DNA of 64,000 nt from Candidatus Saccharimonadales bacterium (lineage in GTDB: Bacteria; Patescibacteriota; Saccharimonadia; Saccharimonadales; SZUA-47). This document shows positions 1 to 8,068 of this stretch, in pieces. The position numbers and the translations under genes were made by a program. The notes beneath the pieces were generated by a model. It made no database searches. It saw nothing but the letters and a program-made list of their open reading frames with translations, and was not told where the DNA came from. The stretch spans positions 64,128 through 128,127 of the forward strand of contig JBGSRU010000005.1 in assembly GCA_041737385.1 (NCBI GenBank), read 5' to 3'. Within the stretch, counting starts at the first letter, position 1; each line of letters begins with the position of its first letter.

Positions 1-1541
1 AAGTAACTGACTACGAAGGCGTCAAAGCCTTCAACATTGCTCGTGTATCAGACCCACGACAAACAGACGCCCTACCAGCACAAAAACTACGCCTAGACGC
101 TTATAGCGACAGGCTAAAACTAAACAGCGAATACTATGCCTTTGACGAAACTGCCTACAAGGAAGACCGCCAAAAGTTTCGTGAGATTGTTGATAACATC
201 AAAAAGTACCCGAACTTCTGTATCGTGGTATTTGATAAGATTGACCGCTTCACAAGGGACGCTTCTAGCGACATTGTTCAGACTATGAAAGGCTTGGTCA
301 AAGAAGGTAAGATTGAACTACACTTTCCGTCTGACAATCTGATTTACCAAAAAAACTCGCCTGCCAGCGACAAAACACGGCTCGGTATGGGTATGGTTTT
401 TGGCGAATACTACTCATCGGCTATTAGCGACAATGTGAAACGCCGTCAAGACCAGAAGGTAAGCATTGGCGAGTTTCCTGGCAAAGCACCAGTCGGCTAC
501 AAGAATATCAACATCACAGACGCCAACGGCAACATCATCAGCAAAAATATTGTTCCTGACCCTGTTCGTAGCAAGTATATTGTCAAAGCGTATGAAATGC
601 GTCTTGACGGAAAATCATTTAGAACAATCGCTAAACAACTCAAAGAAGACGGCTTACGAGCCAACACAAAAGGACAAGGCATTGTTTCCCAAAGCCAGAT
701 ACAGACTATGCTTATGAACCCGTTCTATTACGGCGTAATGCGGTATAACGACAAAGAATACCCACATAAGTATCAACCAATTATTGAAAAACGATTGTTT
801 GATAAGGTTCAGTTTCTAAATGAGGAACGTAATAACAATAGCCACAAGACGCTGACACGCCAAGTATTCACGTTTAGTGGCGTTGTTCGATGTGCCACCT
901 GTGGTTGCTCGTACTCCTCATACGAAAAGAAAGGGCGTGTTTATATGCGTTGCTCAAAAGCAAGACGAGATACGATTGAATGTAACCAACCGCCAGTGCC
1001 AGAAGCCGAACTTTTACCGCAGGTTGATGACCTGCTGAAACGATTGTCTATCAGTGAAAATATAGTCAATCAGGTATTGGACGTCTTGAAGGGCGAACAC
1101 GACAATATACAGTTGTTCTACCGTAACGCAATCAAAGAAACCAAAGACAAGGTTGATGTTATAGACAAGCGACTGGAAACGCTATATGAAGACCGCTTAG
1201 ACGGACGTATTACTACGCCTGACTATGACAAATACGTAACTAAATACAAAGCAGAAAAGGAAGAATTAGAGTATAGGCTCGTTGAATACACTAACAATGA
1301 CAAAAGTTTCATTTTGACCGCTACACATCTGTTAGAACTAGCCCAAAACGCCCGCAGTATCTTCCAAAGTTCGCAACCTGCCCAAAAGAACAAAATCTTG
1401 AAGGCTCTACTTGCGAACTGCCAAATCAACGAAAAAAGGCTTCAACTCAATCTGTTGAAACCTTTCTCGGTACTTGTTGAAAGCACTCTTTCACAAAATT
1501 GGCTCCGGAGACTGGATTCGAACCAGCGACCTCGAAGTTAA
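1..1541 (+). CDS. large serine recombinase (phage-integrase type), 5'-partial at window edge
   Basis: The frame is open from nt 3. Nt 39-62 encode ARVSDPRQ (catalytic-Ser motif), upstream of the listed ORF 225..1541. Recombinase domain, Cys zinc ribbon (CATCGC..MRCS..ECN) and long C-terminal coiled coil. The last 42 nt are antisense to tRNA-Asn. Confidence 0.85.
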   Translation, partial: VTDYEGVKAFNIARVSDPRQTDALPAQKLRLDAYSDRLKLNSEYYAFDETAYKEDRQKFREIVDNIKKYPNFCIVVFDKIDRFTRDASSDIVQTMKGLVKEGKIELHFPSDNLIYQKNSPASDKTRLGMGMVFGEYYSSAISDNVKRRQDQKVSIGEFPGKAPVGYKNINITDANGNIISKNIVPDPVRSKYIVKAYEMRLDGKSFRTIAKQLKEDGLRANTKGQGIVSQSQIQTMLMNPFYYGVMRYNDKEYPHKYQPIIEKRLFDKVQFLNEERNNNSHKTLTRQVFTFSGVVRCATCGCSYSSYEKKGRVYMRCSKARRDTIECNQPPVPEAELLPQVDDLLKRLSISENIVNQVLDVLKGEHDNIQLFYRNAIKETKDKVDVIDKRLETLYEDRLDGRITTPDYDKYVTKYKAEKEELEYRLVEYTNNDKSFILTATHLLELAQNARSIFQSSQPAQKNKILKALLANCQINEKRLQLNLLKPFSVLVESTLSQNWLRRLDSNQRPRS

Positions 1542-1574
1542 CAGCTTCTTGCTCTACCACTGAGCTACTCCGGA
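1500..1574 (-). tRNA. tRNA-Asn (anticodon GUU)
   Basis: 75-nt cloverleaf on the minus strand: acceptor TCCGGAG/CTCCGGA, D-arm GCTC-AGTGGTA-GAGC, anticodon loop CTGTTAA, T-arm GCTGG-TTCGAAT-CCAGT, encoded CCA. Confidence 0.9.
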
Positions 1575-1622
1575 TTACAAGAGGTAATTATACGGTCTTA
1601 CTCCTGTTGCGTCAATTGTAAT

Positions 1623-2051
1623 CTATTTGGTGATTCGGATATGCGGTTTTTTCGTGTAGAGAAGAAACTTTTTTGACAGACGGTCTAATTTTACAAGGTG
1701 GGTGTGTTGGTGAACGACCGTTTTACGGTTAGAGAGTGGTGCTCGTCCAAAGTAGTCATAGCCCTGTAACTCGTAGGAAGAAACAATATCCATGAACTCT
1801 ATCGTTTCGTCTCGGGTAAGAGCGCTCAGGGTATCAGTGTGTTTTTTCGGGACAATAAGTAGATGATCTGTCACTCCTTGGCCGTCCCATAACGAATACC
1901 CAAACAAGTTTTTTATAATTCGATACGATTTTGTCTCTCTAACAAGCTCAGAGCCTGTATCTAAACGGCAGAATATACACTCTTTGTGGTAGTGTTCTTT
2001 TTTTCGGTGCTGAGTATACTGTTTTTCTTCTTTTCGTGATCTTGTAGCCAT
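1623..2051 (-). CDS. HIT-family (histidine triad) nucleotide hydrolase/transferase
   Basis: HQHTHLV histidine-triad motif and LLIVPKKH. ORF listed as 1623..2126; the internal Met (MATRSRKEE) at 2051 avoids overlap with the uppP upstream region. Confidence 0.7.
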   Translation of the reverse strand: MATRSRKEEKQYTQHRKKEHYHKECIFCRLDTGSELVRETKSYRIIKNLFGYSLWDGQGVTDHLLIVPKKHTDTLSALTRDETIEFMDIVSSYELQGYDYFGRAPLSNRKTVVHQHTHLVKLDRLSKKFLLYTKKPHIRITK

Positions 2052-2172
2052 AGAGGAAAGTATATAGGAGATGTAGATGCGCTGCGAATAATTAGTGGCG
2101 CAAGATACTGCTTCGAGTACTTTCATCTATTTTTTGCTTGTAGTCTATGTTGCCTCTATACTTAAGCTTAAT

Positions 2173-2943
2173 ATGTCTATTATTGAAGCGTTATTTTTGG
2201 GGTTAGTACAAGGGCTAACAGAGTTTATTCCTGTATCAAGTTCAGGTCACCTGTTATTAGCACATGAGTTGTTTGGGACCTCAGAGAACAGTTTGACCTT
2301 CGACGTGGCACTTCATGTTGGTACGCTGTTGGCGCTACTAATCTATTTCAGAAAGGATGTAGCGAGTTTGTTACTAAACATAGCCAAGAAAACAGCAGAC
2401 GGTCGACTAGCAAGATTATTAATCATAGCGACAATTCCTGCTGCACTAGCTGGGTTGTTGTTTGGAGATTTGATAGATGAGAAACTACGCTCGACAACTG
2501 TTGTCGCTGTTACATTAGCATCGGTCGGAGTAGTGATGCTACTCGTAGACAGAAAAGTCGCAAAAGTTTCTGTAAGTGAAGTCTCTACGAAGCAGGGAGT
2601 CGCAGTTGGTTTAGCGCAGGTTGCAGCACTTATTCCTGGCGTTTCACGATCCGGTGCCACCATGACTGCAGGTATTTTCATGGGACTAGATAGAAAGTCT
2701 GCGGCTCGTTTCTCATTTCTGATGGCTATACCTATTATTGCTGGATCGGCCCTTGGAATTTTACTAAAAGATTCCTCTGAACTCGCAGTCAATAATGAGC
2801 TATTTATCGGTATGATAACAGCATTTATCAGTGGACTAATCGCTATAAAGTTCTTGCTTAAGGTAATCACCCGTGTTGGGTTAAAACCATTTGCCTATTA
2901 CCGTATTGGACTTGCCGTTATCGTTTTAGTATTTCTGGTGTAG
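2173..2943 (+). CDS. uppP: undecaprenyl-diphosphate phosphatase
   Basis: MSIIEALFLGLVQGLTEFIPVSSSGHLLL and PGVSRSGATM motifs; polytopic membrane protein. The likely start is the internal ATG at 2173 of ORF 2095..2943. Confidence 0.9.
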   Translation: MSIIEALFLGLVQGLTEFIPVSSSGHLLLAHELFGTSENSLTFDVALHVGTLLALLIYFRKDVASLLLNIAKKTADGRLARLLIIATIPAALAGLLFGDLIDEKLRSTTVVAVTLASVGVVMLLVDRKVAKVSVSEVSTKQGVAVGLAQVAALIPGVSRSGATMTAGIFMGLDRKSAARFSFLMAIPIIAGSALGILLKDSSELAVNNELFIGMITAFISGLIAIKFLLKVITRVGLKPFAYYRIGLAVIVLVFLV

Positions 2944-2970
2944 AATAGTCATAAGAAGTAAGGAGTTTTT

Positions 2971-3708
2971 ATGACTTTTAATGTATCATCAAAACAATTA
3001 TTTAGCGGACTACAGTTCGCGCTACTCATTCTAATAGTAGGGTTACTTTTATGGTCTAAGCCATGGGTTTCAGCAAACGGACAAGAATCACGAAAAATTA
3101 CGGTGACGGGTGAGTCAACAATAAAGGCTGAGCCGGATGAGTTCATGTTTAACCCGTATTTTGAACTACAAGGCAGCGATCAAGAGGATATAAAGTCAAA
3201 ACTGACAGCCCAGACAAATGAGACCGTTACGAAGCTAAAAGAGCTTGGAGTCGAAGAAAAAGACATCAAACTAGATGCGAGCAGTTATGATCGATGGTAC
3301 TTGGATGAAGGTGAAGAAGGTATACTAAACGCCTACTTACAGATAAGCGTTAGGGATAGTGAGCTCGTCCAAAAAGTGCAAGATTACTTGCTCACCACTC
3401 CCGCAAAAGGTCAATTGACTCCGCAAGCATCATTTAGCGAATCTAAGAAGAAGGAACTAGATAATCGGGCCGTCGAGCAAGCAATAGAGGACGCAAAATC
3501 TAAAGCTACGTTGCAGGCCAAGAAATTTGATGCAAAAGTCGGAAAAGTACTTGAGGTTAATCAGAAACAAGATTCAGTGTTTCCAGTTGCGTACGGGGGT
3601 AGAGAACGAGACGCAACGGTAAGCGTGCAAGAGGCAACATCCTTGCCCGTTTTAAGTGGTGAAAACGAGTACTCACAGTCAGTAACCGTCACCTATGAGT
3701 TACAATAA
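2971..3708 (+). CDS. SIMPL (DUF541) domain periplasmic/exported protein
   Basis: N-terminal TM/signal, ITVTGESTIKAEPDEF start of the SIMPL fold, C-terminal SVTVTYEL. Confidence 0.65.
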   Translation: MTFNVSSKQLFSGLQFALLILIVGLLLWSKPWVSANGQESRKITVTGESTIKAEPDEFMFNPYFELQGSDQEDIKSKLTAQTNETVTKLKELGVEEKDIKLDASSYDRWYLDEGEEGILNAYLQISVRDSELVQKVQDYLLTTPAKGQLTPQASFSESKKKELDNRAVEQAIEDAKSKATLQAKKFDAKVGKVLEVNQKQDSVFPVAYGGRERDATVSVQEATSLPVLSGENEYSQSVTVTYELQ

Positions 3709-3743
3709 TAATAGAAAAATGAACCAAAGGAACATGGAATAAA

Positions 3744-4412
3744 ATGGCAAGAGCAACCACTTCAAAAAAGACACTAATGATAATAAACGTACTGCTCCTA
3801 GTAGGGTTAAGCGGCACAACAGGCTATTTGTATCTGAAAAATCGTGACTTGAATGATCAAATCACCCTCACTACCGAAGAGAAGAACCGAAGATTGGTTG
3901 AAGAAATAAATAAGGTATTTGATTTGCCTGAGGAAGAACCAGTTGTCGCAATTGTTACTGATGTTGAAGAGTTTAAAAAAGAATATGCAACTTTTGATAA
4001 TGCCAATACAGGAGACTACCTACTATTCTATAGAAAAGCTAGATTGAACGTTCTATATCGTCAAAGCGAAAAACGTGTGGTAAAGACAGCTAACGTGGTT
4101 GTTCCAATTGCAGTAGAGCTTGTCGGATCCGAAGCAGCTATTGCTGACACCGAAAAGAAGCTTGCTGAGTTTGGTAACCAGATTACTGTTACGCGCACGG
4201 TGAAAGAAGGCATTACACAGAGTTTTGTATTTGATATTGATGACGACCAGAAGGCTGAAGCCGAGAGTATAGCAAAACTACTTGGCATAGAAGGTGGTGC
4301 AACGCTACCGTCAAGCATCACTCCAACTGCCCAAACAGAAATAGTTATTGCGGTTACAGCAGAAAAAACTACACCATCAGCACCCGAGACACCAACGACT
4401 CAAGCACCGTAG
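3744..4412 (+). CDS. membrane-anchored protein, possible LytR_C-like domain
   Basis: N-terminal TM helix. The C-terminal region weakly resembles the LytR C-terminal domain. Pro/Thr-rich tail. Confidence 0.35.
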   Translation: MARATTSKKTLMIINVLLLVGLSGTTGYLYLKNRDLNDQITLTTEEKNRRLVEEINKVFDLPEEEPVVAIVTDVEEFKKEYATFDNANTGDYLLFYRKARLNVLYRQSEKRVVKTANVVVPIAVELVGSEAAIADTEKKLAEFGNQITVTRTVKEGITQSFVFDIDDDQKAEAESIAKLLGIEGGATLPSSITPTAQTEIVIAVTAEKTTPSAPETPTTQAP

Positions 4413-4413
4413 T

Positions 4414-5568
4414 TTAAGACTTTCTGGTCACTGGAAGGTTTCCAATCATATCTAGAACTATTGGGTTGTTAGCAAGCTCTCCCAGTACTTTCATAAGTAA
4501 TTCAGAGTATATATCTAAATGTTCTCTATTATGTACTTGTAAAAATTCTGGGTGAATTTTTATTTGAGATGGGGTAGGATCATCGATGTCGCGAAGTCTC
4601 ATACCCTGCGCATACACCAAGCCGCGCTTCATTGTTTTTAATACGCCAGGAGCAATCTTCCCAGCAATCTCAATATAGTCCTCGGGTCCAATATCATCAG
4701 GAATTTCAGGCAACGTTTCGTAGTTAACATCAGATCGTGTTGCTATAAATTTCTCAGTTTCAAGTATTTTAGTTAGACTTCCAGAAGTTGCCACAGCTAG
4801 TAACAAGGGTGAAATACCTTCTTTAACGGTTGCATCTTGATCGTGCCATAAACGTCTCAGCACACCTATTGAGTGACCTCTCACCATAGCACCGTGAAGC
4901 CCCCGCAATTCAGCAAATGTCGGGGTGTCTGGAATAGTTCTGTAGATACGATCAACTGCCAGACTAAGAAAATCTAGAAGGTGTATTGACCGGTCCTCTC
5001 GTACAGTAAGTCCTAGCCCAAGAGCAAATGCGTCGACGGTCTCGTCGTCAAATTCAAGTATATCAGTATTGATTCCTGTGAAATCTAAAGCTTTACTAAT
5101 AATTATCCCTGATCTATGAGGGGTATTGAGCTCATGCAAGCGGTTAGAGACATATACTAACCCGAAGAGTATGTCGGTAATCTCTTCATGCCCTGTGCCA
5201 AGCGTCACGTTAAATCCGTAAGGGTAATCATCGTCATGCTCTTCAGGTTTTAGTTTCATGAGTGTAGCCATATTTTTGAGAGTAGTTTGTAGCTCAGCGT
5301 CTTGCTTGCCAGATCTTAGCAAAGATTTATATCTTTTTTCAACGATACTCGCTACCTTATCAGCTTCCGTATAGTCAATTGGGCTACCCGTGTGAACTGC
5401 ACGCTCATCACCTATTGTGGTTGCGGTATGAAGCTGCTGAGATTCAAAGTCGGGACTATCAGGATCAACTTCATATGTAACAAAGAATCCATTACTTAGT
5501 CTTGCGTGTTCGCTTGCGCTTTCTTGGAGCATTTCTAAGACAGGTAGTTGCGTGTATTTCTCAATCAT
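4414..5568 (-). CDS. hypothetical protein (acidic, soluble, no recognised domain)
   Basis: Long uninterrupted ORF with tight spacing to neighbours. No motif recognised. Confidence 0.5.
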   Translation of the reverse strand: MIEKYTQLPVLEMLQESASEHARLSNGFFVTYEVDPDSPDFESQQLHTATTIGDERAVHTGSPIDYTEADKVASIVEKRYKSLLRSGKQDAELQTTLKNMATLMKLKPEEHDDDYPYGFNVTLGTGHEEITDILFGLVYVSNRLHELNTPHRSGIIISKALDFTGINTDILEFDDETVDAFALGLGLTVREDRSIHLLDFLSLAVDRIYRTIPDTPTFAELRGLHGAMVRGHSIGVLRRLWHDQDATVKEGISPLLLAVATSGSLTKILETEKFIATRSDVNYETLPEIPDDIGPEDYIEIAGKIAPGVLKTMKRGLVYAQGMRLRDIDDPTPSQIKIHPEFLQVHNREHLDIYSELLMKVLGELANNPIVLDMIGNLPVTRKS

Positions 5569-5797
5569 TGTATGAGATATAATAACAGATGTTTACAAAA
5601 ATACTACATGTAGTGTAGAAATTTGGTGGTACACTACTAGCAGTTTAGATAAATTAAACTTACTTAATAATAAAAACGCTGGAATCTTGTTTAATTCAAG
5701 AACTGTGCCGCAACGGTAAGCCACGACAAGTGGACAAGTCCGATCTAGCCAAATAATCCCGAGCAGGAAATAAATAAGCTGAAATTAGAATTTCATG

Positions 5798-5836
5798 CCC
5801 TCTTTTCTGTCTTTGGGACTATAAAGAGGGTTTTTT
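5798..5836 (+). terminator. intrinsic terminator/attenuator directly abutting the GTG start at 5838
   Basis: CCCTCTTT (5798-5805) pairs with AAAGAGGG (5823-5830), followed by T6 at 5831-5836. No + strand CDS lies upstream. Confidence 0.55.
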
Positions 5837-5837
5837 A

Positions 5838-7169
5838 GTGTCAACCGCAACATTTTTACAGCCGACTGAAACGCAATTTGAAGGGCTTATTGAGCATAGT
5901 TTTGGTCAGCCTGAAAGTTGGAAGCGAGTCGACCAAGCATATCCTGAGATTGAAGAACAAGCTTGGGCAGATACAAGGCGAGAAATTGGTGCTATTGCTC
6001 TCGATAATACGCTGCAGTCCCAACCGACTAACAATCAGAATTCTTCATCAACACTTATGTACGCAGCTAAAAGAGCACCGTACGATATAAAATCTTATCG
6101 ACAAACTCGAACCAATGTTGAAAAAGAAATCCCAGAGAGACTACTTAAAGTTGGATTAGTCTCCGAGACGTTTATGGAGCATGAACCGGGCTTGGGTATT
6201 GTTCAAGACGGCAGACCTATTGCAGAAATATACGCAAATAGCTTACGATTTGCTAGGTTGCAGGGCGAGATGCTGCAGCGCGGCTCTATCGAACACAAAA
6301 ACGCTGGAGTGATCAATCAGCTTGCAGATGCTGGGGTTCTAGATGAACACGACGTGCTTATTATGTCACTGGCTTCGACGAAAAAAGAAGTGATTGAAAG
6401 ATATGGAATTTCTGAAAAATATATGGCCGCATCATTGCAGCTAGTGAGCAAAGATGAAAACGAAGTTATATGTGATACAGCACTAGTTGCAGGCAAAAAG
6501 AACCCAGAGGCAGAACGAGACGATATTGCTGCAGTAATAGAGCTGGCAAGGCGTCACGGCATAGATATAGATACGACGAATCCTGCAGAGCTACTCGATA
6601 TCGTTATACTTATTCCTAAGGGTGAATTATCAAACGGTATCGCTGGTGTTGTCGAAGAACTAGATGAAATCAGAGGTGGGACGTTTTATGGGCAAGAAGG
6701 CGTTGCTCGCGAAGATTATGCAAGACACGCAGAACAACAAAGAGCGCTTAAGTTCGAGGATATTGTTGACGCTATTACCGACATACTTATTCAGGAGGCG
6801 CCGACGTTTAAGCACCCAATGCAAGCAGTGAAGCGGTTAGGACAATTGGCTGACTATTTTACCGTACAATATTCAATCGAAAACGACAATATCGATATAG
6901 ACATTTTTGGTCCTACTTCAGCAAAACTCATTGCCAAAGCACGAAAAGCATTTAAAGAAGGAGATGAAATGGGTGTCATAGAACTGACGTCACTCGCCCA
7001 TGATTCATCGACTAATAGCTCTTGTCCCATGGATATGTCGAGCGGATTCGATGAGTACGGTTCATTAAACTTTGACTGTCCTGGCTGTATGTCTATAAAT
7101 ACTAGAGAACCGGGGAAGTTATTACCAAATTGTAAAGAGTGCAATATGGAAATACCAAAGTGCGACTAA
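5838..7169 (+). CDS. hypothetical protein with C-terminal CxxC-x14-CxxC zinc ribbon
   Basis: GTG start with AGAGGG SD. C-terminus CPGCMSINTREPGKLLPNCKEC. No other motif recognised. Confidence 0.55.
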   Translation: MSTATFLQPTETQFEGLIEHSFGQPESWKRVDQAYPEIEEQAWADTRREIGAIALDNTLQSQPTNNQNSSSTLMYAAKRAPYDIKSYRQTRTNVEKEIPERLLKVGLVSETFMEHEPGLGIVQDGRPIAEIYANSLRFARLQGEMLQRGSIEHKNAGVINQLADAGVLDEHDVLIMSLASTKKEVIERYGISEKYMAASLQLVSKDENEVICDTALVAGKKNPEAERDDIAAVIELARRHGIDIDTTNPAELLDIVILIPKGELSNGIAGVVEELDEIRGGTFYGQEGVAREDYARHAEQQRALKFEDIVDAITDILIQEAPTFKHPMQAVKRLGQLADYFTVQYSIENDNIDIDIFGPTSAKLIAKARKAFKEGDEMGVIELTSLAHDSSTNSSCPMDMSSGFDEYGSLNFDCPGCMSINTREPGKLLPNCKECNMEIPKCD

Positions 7170-7192
7170 AACCTGTAGAGTAGAGTGTGAAC

Positions 7193-7363
7193 ATGGACCA
7201 ACTAAACAACGATACAACTAAGCAAAAAGAAATAGCCAAAAATTGCTCATTAGAGTACTTTTGCGAAGTATGTGAGTATTATCCGCTCATACCAGTACAC
7301 GGTCATTATGAATGTCCACAGTGTCACTATAAAACAAAGTGCTGTGAAGGAGCCCCGCAGTGA
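7193..7363 (+). CDS. small (56 aa) zinc-ribbon protein, not in the ORF track
   Basis: My translation: MDQLNNDTTKQKEIAKNCSLEYFCEVCEYYPLIPVHGHYECPQCHYKTKCCEGAPQ. CxxC..CxxC pattern. Falls below the 60-aa track cutoff. Confidence 0.45.
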   Translation: MDQLNNDTTKQKEIAKNCSLEYFCEVCEYYPLIPVHGHYECPQCHYKTKCCEGAPQ

Positions 7364-7471
7364 TTTGTAGCTCCGGAAGAGCAGCCCACGCTTGGATTTA
7401 TTCCAAGCATGGCACGATGAGAAACCGAGCATCGGTGTCTCATGAGGCGAAGCCGTCGAAGGAGCCCTGCA

Positions 7472-8068
7472 GTGAGTGATTTTTTAAAGACTTGGAAAGA
7501 TAGAAAAAGACGAACCATAGTGTTCGCGGGCGTCTTTGATCCGGTTCATAACGGACATATAGCAGCGGCTGAAGTCGCACTGAGTGAAGGCTCAAAGGTA
7601 CTATTTCTGCCAGAACGAGTGCCACAGCATAAACATGGTGCAACGCCCTATACACATCGACTAAACATGCTAGAGATCGCTATAAAAAATCAACCAGGCA
7701 TGAGTGTTGTTGACTATCCTCGTAAGCATCATTGGGTTCAACCTACGTTTATCTGGTTAAGAGACAATCTACGCACGCAGAGGTTCATATGGCTTGTTGG
7801 GAGCGATGTAGCTCCGGAAATACATACTTGGGCAGGCAGTGAAAACCTCGCTGCACTGGGCGTCTCTAAAATTGTATGCGTCAAACGCCGAGATACTGAG
7901 CCGAAAGTAGATCATGTTTATGGAACATCAGTTGTCTATGTAAAACAAAGTTCAAAAGAAAATGAAAAAATAAGCTCATCAATGATTAGATCAGATGTAG
8001 AAAAATATAAAAATTTTTTACCTGACGACGTTTACGATTATATCAAAAAGCATAACTTATATAACTGA
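7472..8068 (+). CDS. nadD: nicotinate-nucleotide adenylyltransferase
   Basis: IVFAGVFDPVHNGH (GxFxPxHxGH) motif and SSSMIR near the C-terminus. GTG 7472 has AAGGAG 7 nt upstream. The track ORF starts at ATG 7442, which has no SD. Confidence 0.85.
   Translation: MSDFLKTWKDRKRRTIVFAGVFDPVHNGHIAAAEVALSEGSKVLFLPERVPQHKHGATPYTHRLNMLEIAIKNQPGMSVVDYPRKHHWVQPTFIWLRDNLRTQRFIWLVGSDVAPEIHTWAGSENLAALGVSKIVCVKRRDTEPKVDHVYGTSVVYVKQSSKENEKISSSMIRSDVEKYKNFLPDDVYDYIKKHNLYN

Larger units (their letters stand above)
1..1574. mobile_element. right-hand edge of a putative integrated element (prophage/ICE) attached at tRNA-Asn; the body lies off-window to the left
   Basis: The recombinase gene abuts and overlaps the 3' half of the tRNA. 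Only the junction is visible. Confidence 0.45.

Noticed and set aside
2343-2870. 175-aa minus-strand ORF
   Set aside because: It lies entirely antisense to uppP, whose identity is unambiguous.
5700-5797. Loose resemblance of CCGATCTAGCCAAATAATCCCGAGCAGGAAA to the P4-P5 part of TPP riboswitches
   Set aside because: The invariant CUGAGA element and the complementary P5 stem are absent, so the resemblance is probably chance. The region is still reported as an unknown leader.
7360-7479. 39-codon ORF starting at the first GTGA (VICSSGRAAHAW...KEPCSE) between the zinc-ribbon ORF and nadD
   Set aside because: The composition is not protein-like and the sequence is dominated by hairpins. It is more likely non-coding leader RNA. 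It is kept only as a note within the repeat finding.
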